The notes: generated by a model not told the origin, from the letters alone. 62,598 nt of DNA, filler included, from Rhabdomonas costata (GCA_019059605.1; 39 parts of 39 records of this genome joined end to end with filler, not necessarily neighbours in it); one strand, 5' to 3'; numbered from the whole stretch's first letter, positions 49,531 to 62,381 are shown. Program-made: numbers and translations.

Positions 49531-50210
49531 GTCTGCCCACGCGACCCGGCCCCCCTTCCTCCCCATGCCTCTTCTCTCTTCGAAGTAGACAAGCACGGGC
49601 GCAAATCCTGCCCCTTTCTTCACGCAGGAGTCCGTCTTTTGTTCTTCCCCCTTCATTTCTTTTTCGGGTAGCATAGGCATAGGCGTACAAAATAGCCTTG
49701 CACATGTCGCTACCCTGCTTCTTGTGCAGGTTTGATCTTTCACCAAAAACNNNNNNNNNNNNNNNNNNNNNNNNNNNNNNNNNNNNNNNNNNNNTTAATT
49801 AATTAANNNNNNNNNNNNNNNNNNNNNNNNNNNNNNNNNNNNNNNNNNNNGGGGGTTGTGTTCTATACTCACAAACTCACTCCCACGTTCCGAGAAACCT
49901 TAAGGTAGGGACTATCTGTTTTTAGTAGTGGAAATTTTTCGAAAATTAGTCACAACCGATTATGCGTCGCTCGAAAAAAGCGTTTCTGCGACTTTTAACG
50001 GTCAGTGTGAGAGTAGCATAGCAGTCACCTCGAGTCCCTACCATTAGCGTTGTTCACTGTGCTGGAGAACTGTGCAGTCAGTAGAAATTGTCGTGGAAAA
50101 AAGGAGACATCTCTGCACCGCCGTTTGTTTAGGTCTTAAAAATCGGACTCCGAATTAATCACTTTAAAAATTCTTCCACATTTTTTGGATGGGAGGGGGG
50201 GGGTCTTCAG

Positions 50211-51356
50211 AGCTCACTTCGAGGGATCGGTACGCCAAAAATCACATCAAGCGGTGCTCCACGCAAAGCAACACCTTACCGCCGTTTGACGAGGTTCCGA
50301 AGCTGACCAAAAAGCTGATAGAGGATTCTGCAGTGGCCCTCTTCACCAAGAAAAACGTGTGTGTGTCTTGTGTGCATTCCGGGTGGCAGCTTCCTTCCTT
50401 CCTTTTAGTTTCGGTGTACACATTGTTTCCGTGACTTGTCTTGGTTGGTAGATGGTGCTACTTTCGCCTGGCAATGAAGTAAACGGTACGAAAAAGGTCA
50501 AAAGAGGGCTTTGAAAAAAGCCGAAGGCTCCCACAGGCCCAAGCCCTCTGGCGTGCATCGGCCCTCCGGCCTGCATATATGCAAAGGACGCTAAGAAGTT
50601 CTTTTACATTACGAATATTTTTTATATATCATAATAAAAGATTCATATAATAATTAGGTACCGAAACAGAGAAACAGTGGTTTCTCGTAAAGAAAATGAT
50701 AAATTAAAGTGAAGAACACTGCCACCTAACGAAGGATTGGAGGTTTTTCAGGCTCAACAATTACCCACGACGAATGCCTCTTTCTTCAGGTCCGGCTCCG
50801 GTTCGTGAGAAGCAAAATCAGCGAGTACCGAACGGGCAAACCATACTCCCTCCTTTCTTTTCACACCTGCCTATTCATGAGGGTCGAATGCCAGAAAAGC
50901 CTGGATGGGTACTGCCGGAACAAACTGTACCCACAATCTTTGCAGGTACGGTTCAAGTTCTCTGTTATCAATAACTGCGGATCATTGTGCTACGGTACCT
51001 GTGTGCAGATTCTCGAGTCTCCCAAAACGAAAATCGAGCTAATTCAGAGCTGATTGCCTGATCGTAGCTGAGCCTGCATGCGCTCACGCGGACGTACACA
51101 AAAAAACACTAGATCTATACCTCTCAGTTCGCAACGAATGCCGCAACCTTTTACCACACTTTCACGACGATGCAGAAACACCCCTACTCACCCACCCACC
51201 CGCAGCAGATCGGCAACCTGGACAACTTTGGGGTGATCCTTCTGTACGGTCTGGAGACAGAGCTGTACGGAGACCTCAACCACACCATGCGGGAGTCCGT
51301 GGTGCTGCCGCCCGTGCTCACCCCAAAGCTGTGGGCGGAGCAGCGAATCAAGCTCC
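50211..51356 (+). CDS. Putative mono-ADP-ribosyltransferase-like protein (exons 50211-50356, 50790-50945, 51206-51356)
   Basis: Three phase-compatible exons. The last encodes FGVILLYGLETELYGDLNHTMRE, resembling the AI.LYT.E..LY..LN..LR helical motif that precedes ART catalytic cores. The catalytic R-S-E motifs are not within the contig. Confidence 0.5.
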
Positions 51357-51456
51357 NNNNNNNNNNNNNNNNNNNNNNNNNNNNNNNNNNNNNNNNNNNN
51401 TTAATTAATTAANNNNNNNNNNNNNNNNNNNNNNNNNNNNNNNNNNNNNNNNNNNN

Positions 51457-52246
51457 CCACTGGAATGAAGGCCGGGGCCACCACCATGGGCGGGGGCAAG
51501 GCAGTGACCAGAGCAGGGGGCATATACACCGGTCCCCGTGGGAGGGGCGCAGCAAAGCCCGGAGCGTATCCCAGCGGTCCCGCCAATGAGGAGGCTGACG
51601 CAACCGCAGCGGACGAGGAGGAGGACGATGCCGAGGAAGCGCCCCCATAGGACTGGTGCAGGTCAAAGCAAGCAAATGAAAGCAAAAGCGCGGCTATACA
51701 CGATGTATACATAAAGCGTTTTTTTTGAGTAAACATGAGAACGGGTGGAGGACGAACAAGACAGCAGTGCATAAGTTCTGGGATTGACCCTTTTTTGGAG
51801 GATTTGGGGGACAGAGGGGTTAACTCTCAGCCCACAAGGGGCGGTACAAGAGAGGGGGAGAGAGATTACGAAGAGCTGCGCCATGGGACCATCGGGTGGT
51901 GCAAGGACGGCTTTCCGCTTTCACGCAATCTCAAGTAAAACCCACTATTGATTACTCTTTTCCCCGCCCTTCCAAGAAAGACAAGGATCCCGTATTTGAC
52001 TCGACCCACCCCACCACCGCCTCCGAAAAGGGAGTCAGTGTCCCGTACCGGAGGGGCAGACGCGGTCGCAAACGCAGCGTCCCAGTGGTGCCCCGCGAGC
52101 AGGTCCTGCGGCATGCCCTGCCCTAGGGCAGGCATCGCGGGCGCCGCTCGAAACACTGCCGGCCCCAGGGAGCCCAGCAGCTTGCCCAGGGCATTGGGGC
52201 CCCCGTCGCAGCCGCTGCCACTCACCAAACCCTCCAGAAGGCTCAT
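51457..52246 (-). CDS. PEX5: Peroxisomal PTS1 receptor PEX5, N-terminus (exons 52246-52049 and 51652-51457)
   Basis: MSLLEGLVSGSGCDGGPNALGKLL matches the PEX5 N-terminal LV...C...N.L..L motif with its conserved Cys. A WxxxF motif (WDAAF) follows, then a disordered region. Confidence 0.75.
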
Positions 52247-53806
52247 CGCCGGCAGCGCACAGGATAGAAAAGCTGGGAAAATGCTCAGGAAAAGCAGCTG
52301 ACGGACAAAACCAGGAAGGAACGAACGAATGAGCAAACAAAGCCCTCGTAGACTGGCAACAGGAAGTATGCGTGGGTACAGTGGTGCCCCGGCAGAACAG
52401 GTGATGGGAAAAAGGGCAGCAGGATGCCGTGAGGATTTGTGCGTCTGACCAGGCCCTCGAAAGCATTGCTGTGCAGGTGCTATAGGCAGCGATCACCCCC
52501 GAATCCTCACCCGGAAATCAAGGAAAGCTTTTAGGCAGCAAGGCAAACAGGAAAGGAGAAACACAAAGTACACATCACTGGAGCCAAGGTTGAGAAGCCA
52601 TAAATCGACAGAACATGCGTTATAGCATTTATAACTTTCATTCATATTCAGCCCCAAGGGCAGCTTCGACAGTACAGCGCGACACAACACCCTGCGCATT
52701 ACACACAGAATCAAACCCGTGCTCACGGCCAATGCTCATGGCCTAAGACCCCGGCATTGGTTTCGGTGACCGGCTCCAGTTGCCCACGTGCGTCCACTAT
52801 CTAGCTGGCTGCCTTGGCCACCGCCAGCTCGACCTGCTTCCCAAACGAAGTAATGTTCTGGAAAAGTTCTTGAATGCTGATGGGCTTTTGTTTTGGGTTC
52901 AGGGCGTTTTTCCCTTTGGCGTTGCCAGGGCTGAAAAGAATCGGTTCTGAGTAAGCGACTCTNNNNNNNNNNNNNNNNNNNNNNNNNNNNNNNNNNNNNN
53001 NNNNNNTTAATTAATTAANNNNNNNNNNNNNNNNNNNNNNNNNNNNNNNNNNNNNNNNNNNNCCGTTTTTTTGAAGAAAAAAATCGAACTTCTTCGAAAA
53101 AAGGTTTTTCTTAAACAGGGCATATTTCTTGAGATTCTTTGAGATTGGTAACAAGCGGTTCTGGCGAAGCGGGAGTTACTCCCCTCCTTGCCCTACTCAG
53201 CCTCCCTGAAGTTTCTTATCTATAAACGGGTCGATTTGCATGAGCATGCCTGCCGATGCACGTAACAGCGCAGGCAAACCAACGCATTCCAAGAAAAAAG
53301 CCAAGCGTGGCAGAGGAAGGAAAAATGTTCAAACCTCCGACGTCCCAGTGGAGAGGAGGCAATCGACACGATAGCCCCAGAATTTCAAATCGTGAACCTG
53401 AAGTGGCGGGAATGCACAAAAGGAGGGATACTGATGACATAGTGGCCAAAGTGAAACAGAGATGGTTCGAGTTTCTCTCGATCGAGTGCCTTTCCAGCTG
53501 GGTCGACGTCCAGTCGGCACCACTGCAGCACCCCTAGGTGGTACTACTGGTTAGTGGAAAAGCGAAGTGAGGAGGTGTTACAATGCCACTGAACAGTCTT
53601 TGGTTAACGAGAGCTCCTCAGATCCGAACTCTTGCAGTTATACCCATATTTGTACTGAGCTTATTAAATGACATGCAACTCCGAAGTTCACGTGGGTCTC
53701 TTAAGACGAAATCCAAAAAGGATGGGCATCCGCACAAGCGAACTCGAAAAGGTCTAAAGGCATCCGCTATGCGGGAGGGTGCACGCACCGCATCCCCTCG
53801 CCTCAC

Positions 53807-54103
53807 CTTCACCTCCGGCGCAACCCGTCCCAGGTGATCGATGAACTCATCCACGGAGACCGTGCCGGTACGAAGCCAGGGATGCATCAGACGAATCTCC
53901 TTCCACACCACCGGGGGGCACCGGAGCTCTGAACGACTTTGTGCTGCCGCTGCCGCTGCCGCTTCCGCTTCCGCTGCTGCTGGGCTTCGCACCATTGGGC
54001 GACGTGCGATCGGGGGGCGGGCAACAACCAGAGCATTGCGGTGCAGCGGCTGGGCAAAGGAGTAGCTGCCGTACTGAGGGCGAGTAGAGAGGTTGGTGAA
54101 CAT
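53807..54103 (-). CDS. Hypothetical protein exon with an EF-hand-like motif
   Basis: ...PWLRTGTVSVDEFIDHLGRVAPEVK|GTGAGG. The G.VS.DEF pattern is present but the first loop Asp residues are missing. The start is uncertain. Confidence 0.4.
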
Positions 54104-54833
54104 GGGGAGGTGGGGGAAGGAGTATGGGTCGTGAGCAGCGGGGTGGCTGCCGGCGGCTGTAAGATAGTGAGCAGGTACACCAGCGAGAAGTTCTGGGGCT
54201 TGCAACGGAGGCTGTGATTGAGCGGAGCGATGCGGGATACACTGGACTGTGCAGTTGCAGCAGGGAGAGGATTTGTCGTGCTCATCTGAGTTCAAACTGC
54301 ACGAGGGATTGAGTTTAAACCTGAGTTCCGTAAACAAATCAGCATCAACAGAAAAAGCCCGCGCTGTCACAAACCTGGCGGTGAATTTAGCTCAGCTTTC
54401 AAGAGAACCACGCAATGCTCAGCTTCCTGACATTGAAAATGGCACTGGTCGCACAAGGCACAGGTTCATTCGGCGTACTCCTCCGGGCGGGCTTGTGTTC
54501 GATTCTCATGCACAGACAGGCAGGCAGACAAACAGACAGACACAAGACACACATACACACAACACACCNNNNNNNNNNNNNNNNNNNNNNNNNNNNNNNN
54601 NNNNNNNNNNNNTTAATTAATTAANNNNNNNNNNNNNNNNNNNNNNNNNNNNNNNNNNNNNNNNNNNNTGTGGTGGGTGTGTGTGGGGTTTGGGTGAATA
54701 CTTCGGTTTTTCCTCTTTATTGCCCCGCTCTTTTTTCGTTCTCTGATTTGTCTTCTGCGAACGTCACTGAACTTCGTGCCATGCGCTGTTTACTCATGGA
54801 CATTCAAATCCTGTTGCTGTTTTTGCTGCTCAG

Positions 54834-55893
54834 GAAAACCGTCTCAATGCTGATCAGTGACCTCTCCTCGTTCCATGAGCTCGCCCAGACGGTTGCCGTG
54901 GAGCAGCTGCTGGAGCTACACTCCTCCTATGTCTGCCTTCTAGAGGCCGTGGGAAAAGCCACGAAAGGGATGTTCAACTCGCTGGTCGGGGACCGCGTCA
55001 CGATCTCCTGGAACGCCGCCAGTGGTGTAGGGAACCACGCTCAGCAGGTGCGGCACACCTGGCTTGTGGGTCCTCCATCCCGGTTTTTTCTCCTCAAAAG
55101 AATGCGACCTTTTTTGCCTCAGTACAATGAGGTTTCTGTGCACATAACTCTGAAACTCAACCCAAGTGGCGCTGTCGCTGCTGAATGGAGCAAACGCCAT
55201 GCTGGGTTGGAAGTATTGGCGATACTTTGGCTTACTTTGCATTTGTTCACCGGCCCCGAGTCTTGCCCCGAGTCCCACTCCCACTGCATTGTTTGCTGGG
55301 CTGGTTTCCTGCTCGTATGTACTAGCTGCCTGGTGGTGTCTTGGTCTGCGTGTAAACTTGAGTCTAGTTCGCATTCCACACAATGTAGTGCGCAACGTCC
55401 CATCAGGTTGTCAGAACACTGTGGAATGCAACCAGTGCCCCAAATCTTGTTGATGGGGGCCGGGTGGGGAGAGGGTGAGTGTGTGGATGAATTTTTTCTT
55501 TGCTGAGGTTTGGTCTCAAAACGTGCGATTGTTGATGTGCGGGCAAGAGTCCATCTTGTTGGGGATGTGCCTTCCTGAGGAAGTAGGTGCGTCCTTTGCA
55601 CTCTCATGCTCCCCTTTCTGCAAAAGGCGTGCCGAGCGGCGCTGCTGCTGCGCGATGGGTTCTCCAAGAGGGCATCCTCGGGCCTTGCCGGTCGCCGGGT
55701 GAAGGTCGCCGTGAGCACGGGCACGGCCTTAGTCGGAAACGTGGGCTCGCGGCAGCACCTCAGCTTCGGGATTATCGGCCCGGTGGCCGTCATTGGCAGT
55801 GCGCTGTGCAAGCTGAACGGGTTCTTGGGCACCGACGTGTTGATCTGCTCCAACACCTGGCGGGACGTGAAAGAGTTCTTCTCTGCGAAAGTG
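54834..55893 (+). CDS. Class III adenylate/guanylate cyclase domain with a degenerate active site (exons 54834-55047 and 55627-~55893)
   Basis: VSMLISDLSSF...LVGDRVTISWNA...HAQQ-ACRAAL...VSTGTALVGNVGS...FGIIGP...LNGFLGTDVLI are the ordered motifs of bacterial-type class III cyclases. Confidence 0.88.
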
Positions 55894-56600
55894 GTATTAT
55901 GCGGGGCAACGCTTTTCGCTCAATGTGAAATAACTGGGGTAGGGAGGATGCTGTGCAAGCACCAATTGAATAGATTATGGTTTGGGTATTGGGAAACTCT
56001 GGCAGTGCACCCTGAATGCGCTTTTTATTTATGGGCCCACTGATATGGGGCCACGGGAATGTGGAGGACCTGGAGGACTCGCAATGGCCCAGTGTAATTA
56101 TTTGGTCCACTGGTGAGCCCCGGGAATATTCCTCCCTCAGTAGGCGGAACAAGGAAACGCAGTGACAAACAACCNNNNNNNNNNNNNNNNNNNNNNNNNN
56201 NNNNNNNNNNNNNNNNNNTTAATTAATTAANNNNNNNNNNNNNNNNNNNNNNNNNNNNNNNNNNNNNNNNNNNNGGGGGTTGTTGGACCTTGCCGGGCAA
56301 AGACATGCCAGAACAGATGGGGTGCCAGTGTCAGGGGCAGGCAAACAGCAAAGATATGAGCACTGCACTGACGTTCGATCAAAATTCCAGATCTCTCAGA
56401 GCACCCCAGAAAACTTCGCATGTCGCGAAACGATGGAACGGGAGATAGACACGTGCTCGATGCATCCAGGCTGTGGTTGCGCACGAGAAACCGGTGGCCA
56501 GCTTGGAACGGCGCTCGGCTGGTAGAAAGGCCTTTTTTTACTGAGCTCAACCTTTCCGCTTCCCGACAGAGGGAGACAGAAACAGAGAGGGAAAAGAGAC

Positions 56601-56717
56601 CTTGCAGCATTCGGGCTTCCAGAGGGACGTCCAGGGCGCTAGTGGACTCGTCGAGGATCGCGAACAAGGGGTTGGCGAACAGCATCCTGGCAACCCCAAG
56701 ACGCTGCATCTCCCCAC
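56601..56717 (-). CDS. ABC transporter nucleotide-binding domain exon, ABCD (peroxisomal) type
   Basis: GEMQRLGVARMLFANPLFAILDESTSALD contains the ABC signature end, Walker B and D-loop in the ABCD pattern. The exon is 117 nt, bounded by CAG and GT. Confidence 0.85.
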
Positions 56718-58323
56718 CTGAGACACATCCATACAGGGATTGGAGGAGGAAGCGGGAAGCAGTGTAGAGGAGGAGGACCCCCAAAGCCGGGTCTCCGATG
56801 CGTCAGTTGTACCTGCAATGGGAATCTGCAACAGATGGCACTTCGGGGGGTAGCTTCGAACTTACAGCACACCTGGACGGTACAGGTAGTTCCAATTAAT
56901 CTATCTCCGCTGAACGCTCTTGCACGCCTCTCGTTGGAGACAAATTTTCTGTTACCACGGTTCTGCCACCCCTGCCTTCTCTGCCCTCAACAATGCTCTC
57001 TGCTGCAGGGCGGAGGTTCTTGGGGAATCCAATGAAGCATTCACCGGGGTTCTGTGGAGATGCAGCCCCTGAGATCGCCCAGTTCCCTTGAATGGCTCAG
57101 TGGCCTCTCTTCAACTGTTCTCTTATTTTGAGATTCTCCTTTTGACCACACGGAGAGCCCGACCGTGGCGCTGTCCCTGGCACTCTTCACGGTCTACTAC
57201 GCTGGTCTCGATTAGCGTAAGGGGGGAAGACAACTCATTGCCCACCCCCAACCCAGGACATCCCCTGTGAAACGCGGGGCCAACAGGCTGGTTGGGGCAC
57301 ACATAAACTCATACACACACTACCTGAATGGTTTTGGTGGGAGTCTCTGTTGCCACCAACGAGTTTTCGAATGCTGTTCGGCTGCCTGGCCCATTCTCGG
57401 GGTGAAGATCATCTCTCTGCTGCTGGGCGAAGGTTCTTGGGAAGCCGCAATGGCGCATTAAACCGCGGTTCTACGGAGCTATGCTGAAAGCTCCTCCGCT
57501 CTTCACCAGCTCTTCATTACTCCCGGTGGCTCTTCGAAATCATTGTCTCTTTCATTTTTTTTCTGCCTAAAATCCTCAACTCAGCTTCTAGTGATCACGG
57601 AGCATCGCCCTGGTGTGCTCCCTACGCTCTCCGCGGGATCACCCCACAATGGGGTCTTGCTCGATTCTTTCCTGCGCCTCATGGCTACAGCAGGGTTCAT
57701 CAGGCTTCCGTCATCGAGACCGCCAATTTTCTCTTTTGGGGGATTGTCTTGGTTGTCATACACACACAGACCAAAAAACCNNNNNNNNNNNNNNNNNNNN
57801 NNNNNNNNNNNNNNNNNNNNNNNNTTAATTAATTAANNNNNNNNNNNNNNNNNNNNNNNNNNNNNNNNNNNNNNNNNNNNTTTTGGTGTGCACTTCTTCT
57901 CGCTAAGAACAGGGACAGGTGTTAGGGACAGGTGTTTGTCTGTTCGCGGTGCATATGTTTGTGCAATGAAAATTGACATTTTTAGGAGAGAGAGAAGCTG
58001 AAAAGAAAAGCTGCCCCTGACCAAAGACCATTTGTGTGGTTGAGAAATGGCGCGGGGATTGCGCGTTTGTTATGACTGATAACGTTTGAAAATTTAGCAC
58101 TGCATCCTTGTATTGTAAAATGGGCTCTTTGAAAGGTTATTTTGTATTTCTTCATCCAAGCGTGAGCAGCTTTGAGCCCGATGTCAGGGCCACATGGAAA
58201 TTACTAATATCATTATTCCCGGGGTACGGACTGCGTGCGTACCCCGGTACCCCGGTGGTCTGCGTTCGTTTTTTTTTTGGTTGCGCGGTTTGTCGGTGAT
58301 CCGGTGGTTCTTTTGTGCCGCAG

Positions 58324-58437
58324 GCTCGTGGTTCACATTGGGAACAGCGATCGCCACTACGCCGCGCACTACCTCGCCCTGGCCACCAAGGATGGTGCGA
58401 AGCCTGGGGAAGATGCCGCCCAGAGTCTGATGGGCGC
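58324..58437 (+). CDS. Short internal exon of a hypothetical protein
   Basis: GCAG|...LVVHIGNSDRHYAAHYLALATKDGAKPGEDAAQSLMG|GTGAGT, with strong splice sites. Confidence 0.5.
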
Positions 58438-59486
58438 GTGAGTAGTGTCTGGCCAACGAAGACGTGTGGGATGTGGTAGACGGTTGCATCATTGATGTCG
58501 GTCTATGCGAAGGGGTTGAGAGGGAAAGGCACGTTCTTTCGGCTGCGCGTGGCTTTGTTTTCACTGCCTTTCATTTATGTGATGGTAAAATGATTGTCTG
58601 GTGTGCGACATTTAACCTTGCTTGGCTTGATTGAGCTCTCCATTGTCCTGTTGTCCGGTTGTCCCACCCCGACTTCGATACGTGATGCAGGCGTTGAAAG
58701 CATCGGCTCTGTTTTGTTGTTTTATTGTCCACACCAAAGTGCCTTTTCGTGTGAGTGGTCTGTGTGCGATCTCCGACTGTTTGGGAGCTTCGCTCGCCCG
58801 ATGGGTGCAGTGAAGTCACTGTGCACTCCCCACCGCTATCCTCCCCCCTTACGGGATCACCATGCCTGACCTGCCTGGTGCAGGTCATGCTGGTAGCACC
58901 TCTGTGCAAGTGCACAGCGTGCGCCCTACACACACGGATGCTCTCTCTTTCATGACATACACACAAACACATACAGTTGATGGCATACATTACTTCATGT
59001 CATCAATCATTTTTTCGGTTGGCGTTTGAAAAAGTACTTGCCCTTGTGTTTACTGTAGTGAAAACAAGGGTAACCTTTCACAGACGTCTCTTGGATGGCT
59101 TGCGAGATGTGTCTCAGGCTGTCCAGGCTTTCCCTTTCCACTGACCAGCCAGCATCACTGGTCCACCCTGGTGCTTGATCCACACCCGCACGCGCCCACT
59201 CAGCGCGCAATATATAGGACGGCGATGTCTCCGATTGCCCTTTCCACGAGTGGAGCCGACCGACGTGAGCCTTAGGAAACTGCAGACGACAGATCTTCCT
59301 TCACGCTCGTCAGTGCAGAAAGCTCTGGCGCCCCCCAAATGTCTTTCCTGCCCAGAGTTCCTAAGGAGATCTGTACCTCACCCCCCNNNNNNNNNNNNNN
59401 NNNNNNNNNNNNNNNNNNNNNNNNNNNNNNTTAATTAATTAANNNNNNNNNNNNNNNNNNNNNNNNNNNNNNNNNNNNNNNNNNNN

Positions 59487-60419
59487 GGGGGGCAATGGTG
59501 GCCGGGTCGACGCGAAGGACATCACCGCGTACAAGGAGTTCTGCCGAGGTGTCGCCCTGGCTCACTCTGCATTCCCGTGCATTTCGTGGCAAGCTTGCCC
59601 AAAGAAGTCCGGACTGCCACAGTGTTGCAGACTAGTGGTTGGGAGGGGTGCCTCGGCAAGTTCTCGAATCTCCGGTCTTCCTTTTTTGGTCTGTCTCGTC
59701 CCCCTCTTGAGCCACTGCTTTGAGCTTTTTGGGTCTCCGTTTAGTTTATTTTCACGGGAAAGTGTGGGTTTCATGGGAACAATTCAAAACGGGGAACGGC
59801 TGCTTTCGGTTTTTTGGTGTGTGCACATGCGCGTTTGTTCGTGTGTACATAGGAAAACACTACACCAGAATCCTGGCTCTTTGATTAGAAGCAGATTGGC
59901 GGACATTCCGGGGCAGAAAATTCAGCAAATGCTGCGCCGCACTATCACAGGAGCGAAACTCCGATGACAAAGGAAAAAAGGGCCTAGTGGAGTGTATTAT
60001 GTTGACAGCGCGTTGTCACCGCTTTGTAGGGGACTTGAATCCGATCCAAGTGAGTGATGACCGTGTCTCCCTTCCCATTTTATTGGCTAATAGGATACGC
60101 GCAGAGCCCCGAGCAGCTGCCGGTGATCCTCAACAATGCTCCCCCCGCGATGGCCGGAAAGCTGGAGCAGGCCCAGGCCTACCTGCGCCCGCTGGGGATC
60201 ACCGCGCCCACCGCAGTAGTGGCGCACGACGCCCCTCCGGAGGCCATCGCTGCGACGGTGCGGAGTGTGACGGAGAAGCTGCCATGGCGCGGGGTGTCGA
60301 AGGTTGCGGAGATGAACCTGGACGCCATGTCGGAGGAAGTCCGCAAGGCCACTGTGGAGCTGCAGCACGCCCGGGCGGCTGTGGAGCGGGCCCAAAAGGA
60401 GAGCGCCGCGCTGCGGCAG
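59487..60419 (+). CDS. Hypothetical protein with a C-terminal coiled coil (exons 59487-59548 and 60094-60419)
   Basis: In-phase join GGNGGRVDAKDITAYKEFCR-G-YAQSPEQLPVILNN...MSEEVRKATVELQHARAAVERAQKESAALRQ; very high GC3. Confidence 0.7.
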
Positions 60420-61157
60420 GTCATACCGTCTGTGCCTGCTCTCTGCTGCAGCTCTCTCGCTCTCTCAAACCCACAGTAGCTTGCCTGTTTTTGTTGCTCT
60501 TCGTCTTCCTGCACTTTGTCTTCTGCTTCCACTGCCTTTTCTTCTTCCTCTATTTTTCACCCACCACCTCCATCACCTTCAAAGCTTGCACCCATGTCGT
60601 GTGTATATTTCACCTCTTTTCTTTTTCCAGGACCAACCTTTTCGAAGAATATCAACGACCATCAACCGGTACAAACCGATTTCCTTTAGCCAGCGGAAGG
60701 GTGGGAGGATATGCGGAGAAATGGATGCTATCGTGTGCAGCACTTCCGCACTTTGGGCCGTTCTGAGCCACCCTCCCCCCATTCCCCTGTGTCTACGCGG
60801 ATATCATTTTTAGCGCAGTTGCCCTTGAATGGGGGTGTCCCTTTTGAGGATGCTCGGTTTCTGGAGAGGTTGGTTAACGCGGCCTGTGGGTGCCCTTACC
60901 CTTCCTGAAATGCAGCGTTGGTAATGACCCCCGTCCCTGTCCTTCCCTCTGTGCATATGACGTCCTTCCATCTCTCTATCTCTCTATAAATTNNNNNNNN
61001 NNNNNNNNNNNNNNNNNNNNNNNNNNNNNNNNNNNNTTAATTAATTAANNNNNNNNNNNNNNNNNNNNNNNNNNNNNNNNNNNNNNNNNNNNGGTGGGTT
61101 GTCACAACGAAGGAAAGAGTAGAATGAAAGCCCTTGGGCCAGCGTGCGTGCGGATAC

Positions 61158-62381
61158 CGAGAGGGGAGGTGCCCGAGGCCCCCGAGGGGTGCTGGGCTGG
61201 GGTTGGCCCCAGGAGTTGGTGGAACATACGGTACTCTTCCTCCAAAACATCCGGCGGGTCGTGGTCCGTGACAGCCTGCGGCTGTGGCGGTGGCAGTGGC
61301 TGCGGCTGCGAGGGTTTGTCGTGGGTAGGACGGCGGTCGGGCGCGGAGCTCGGTGGGCAACTCTCCGGGGGAGCTGGGATGACCCACCGCGCAGGGTCTG
61401 AGGAATGCGCTGGCATATCCTCATCGTCCTGCCCTGAGCCATAGGGCATCCACCCTCCCACAACATCACAGTCCGCGCACTTAATTAGAGAAACCCCCCA
61501 GACACAAACAGTTGTTCAGTTTGAGGCCAAGAAGATTCGGAGTTGCACTCCAGACGGGGCTGCAGAGTCCCGCTCTCGATTTCTTCTGCCCCAAGAACCC
61601 ATTCTCGTTCGGTGTTGATCCTCATGATACCTCAACGACGCACAGTTACACAATGCACCTGCCGCACCTATGGGAACCTATAAGGGGCGAACATCTCTAA
61701 AAAAAGAAACCTCTGTTTGGTGGATCCCTAGTGTCCTATGGGTTGCAAACAGAAGCAGAATAGCTGCAAATATCAAGAGTAGGCGTACAAGAAACCAGGG
61801 AGTGGTACTTAGCTGCTAAGCTAATGAGAGAAACCTGGGTAAAGGCGAAGCCCTGGATAGTAGCTGCCCACACACAGGTTGGAAGTTGAGCAAGGAAAAA
61901 GAAGACATCAACACCTCGAGAGTCGTAGGCCATGTTGGCGCGCAGAAGCCGGGCTTCCTCTGTCAAAACCGAAACGAAGCAGTGGGCCTTACCAAGCGAC
62001 ACACAGGACAGGGCTCTGAAAAGAATCGTTGCACACCCTATTTAAATCTCAGGGAAAAGGTTAAAATGAAGCGCTGCAGGAGAAAACATCTCCGGAAAGA
62101 GCAATTCTTAGTCATTCTCAGAGTAGGGCTGCATTCCCTCCCCCCTCAGACACTCTGTCTCATCCACAACGAATACGAATAGAACGCAAGAGAACTCACG
62201 ACAAACCCAACCCAAACCTTCCAGTCGGTCGTCCAGAGGGTTCAGCACCGGAACCCAGCTGCCATCGTGGTGAACTTCCACACACTGAGCCTTCTCCTGT
62301 GAAACGGGGCACCAAATGCAATGGCTCGCACTGGACTCCCCCACCACCAGTATGTGTCGAGCTCTGAACTGTTCTTGCACG
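61158..62381 (-). CDS. Hypothetical protein, three exons (~62381-62218, 61959-61915, 61433-61158)
   Basis: Phase-compatible GT-AG joins give ...VLNPLDDRLE-E-EARLLRANMAYDSR-G-QDDEDMPAHSSDPARW... Confidence 0.55.

Noticed and set aside
46630..56174. Apparent signalling gene cluster (sensor, histidine kinase, ART, cyclase)
   Set aside because: Each gene is on a separate contig ordered by length, so the adjacency is artificial.
1513..61092. Regularly spaced TTAATTAATTAA repeats with unique 1.5-kb spacers (array-like or nanochromosome-like pattern)
   Set aside because: Always embedded in exactly 44+44 N. This is a synthetic all-frame-stop linker, not a CRISPR array or a biological repeat.
62340..62381. 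EQFRARHILV resembling a parvulin PPIase start
   Set aside because: The following sequence lacks the remaining parvulin motifs.
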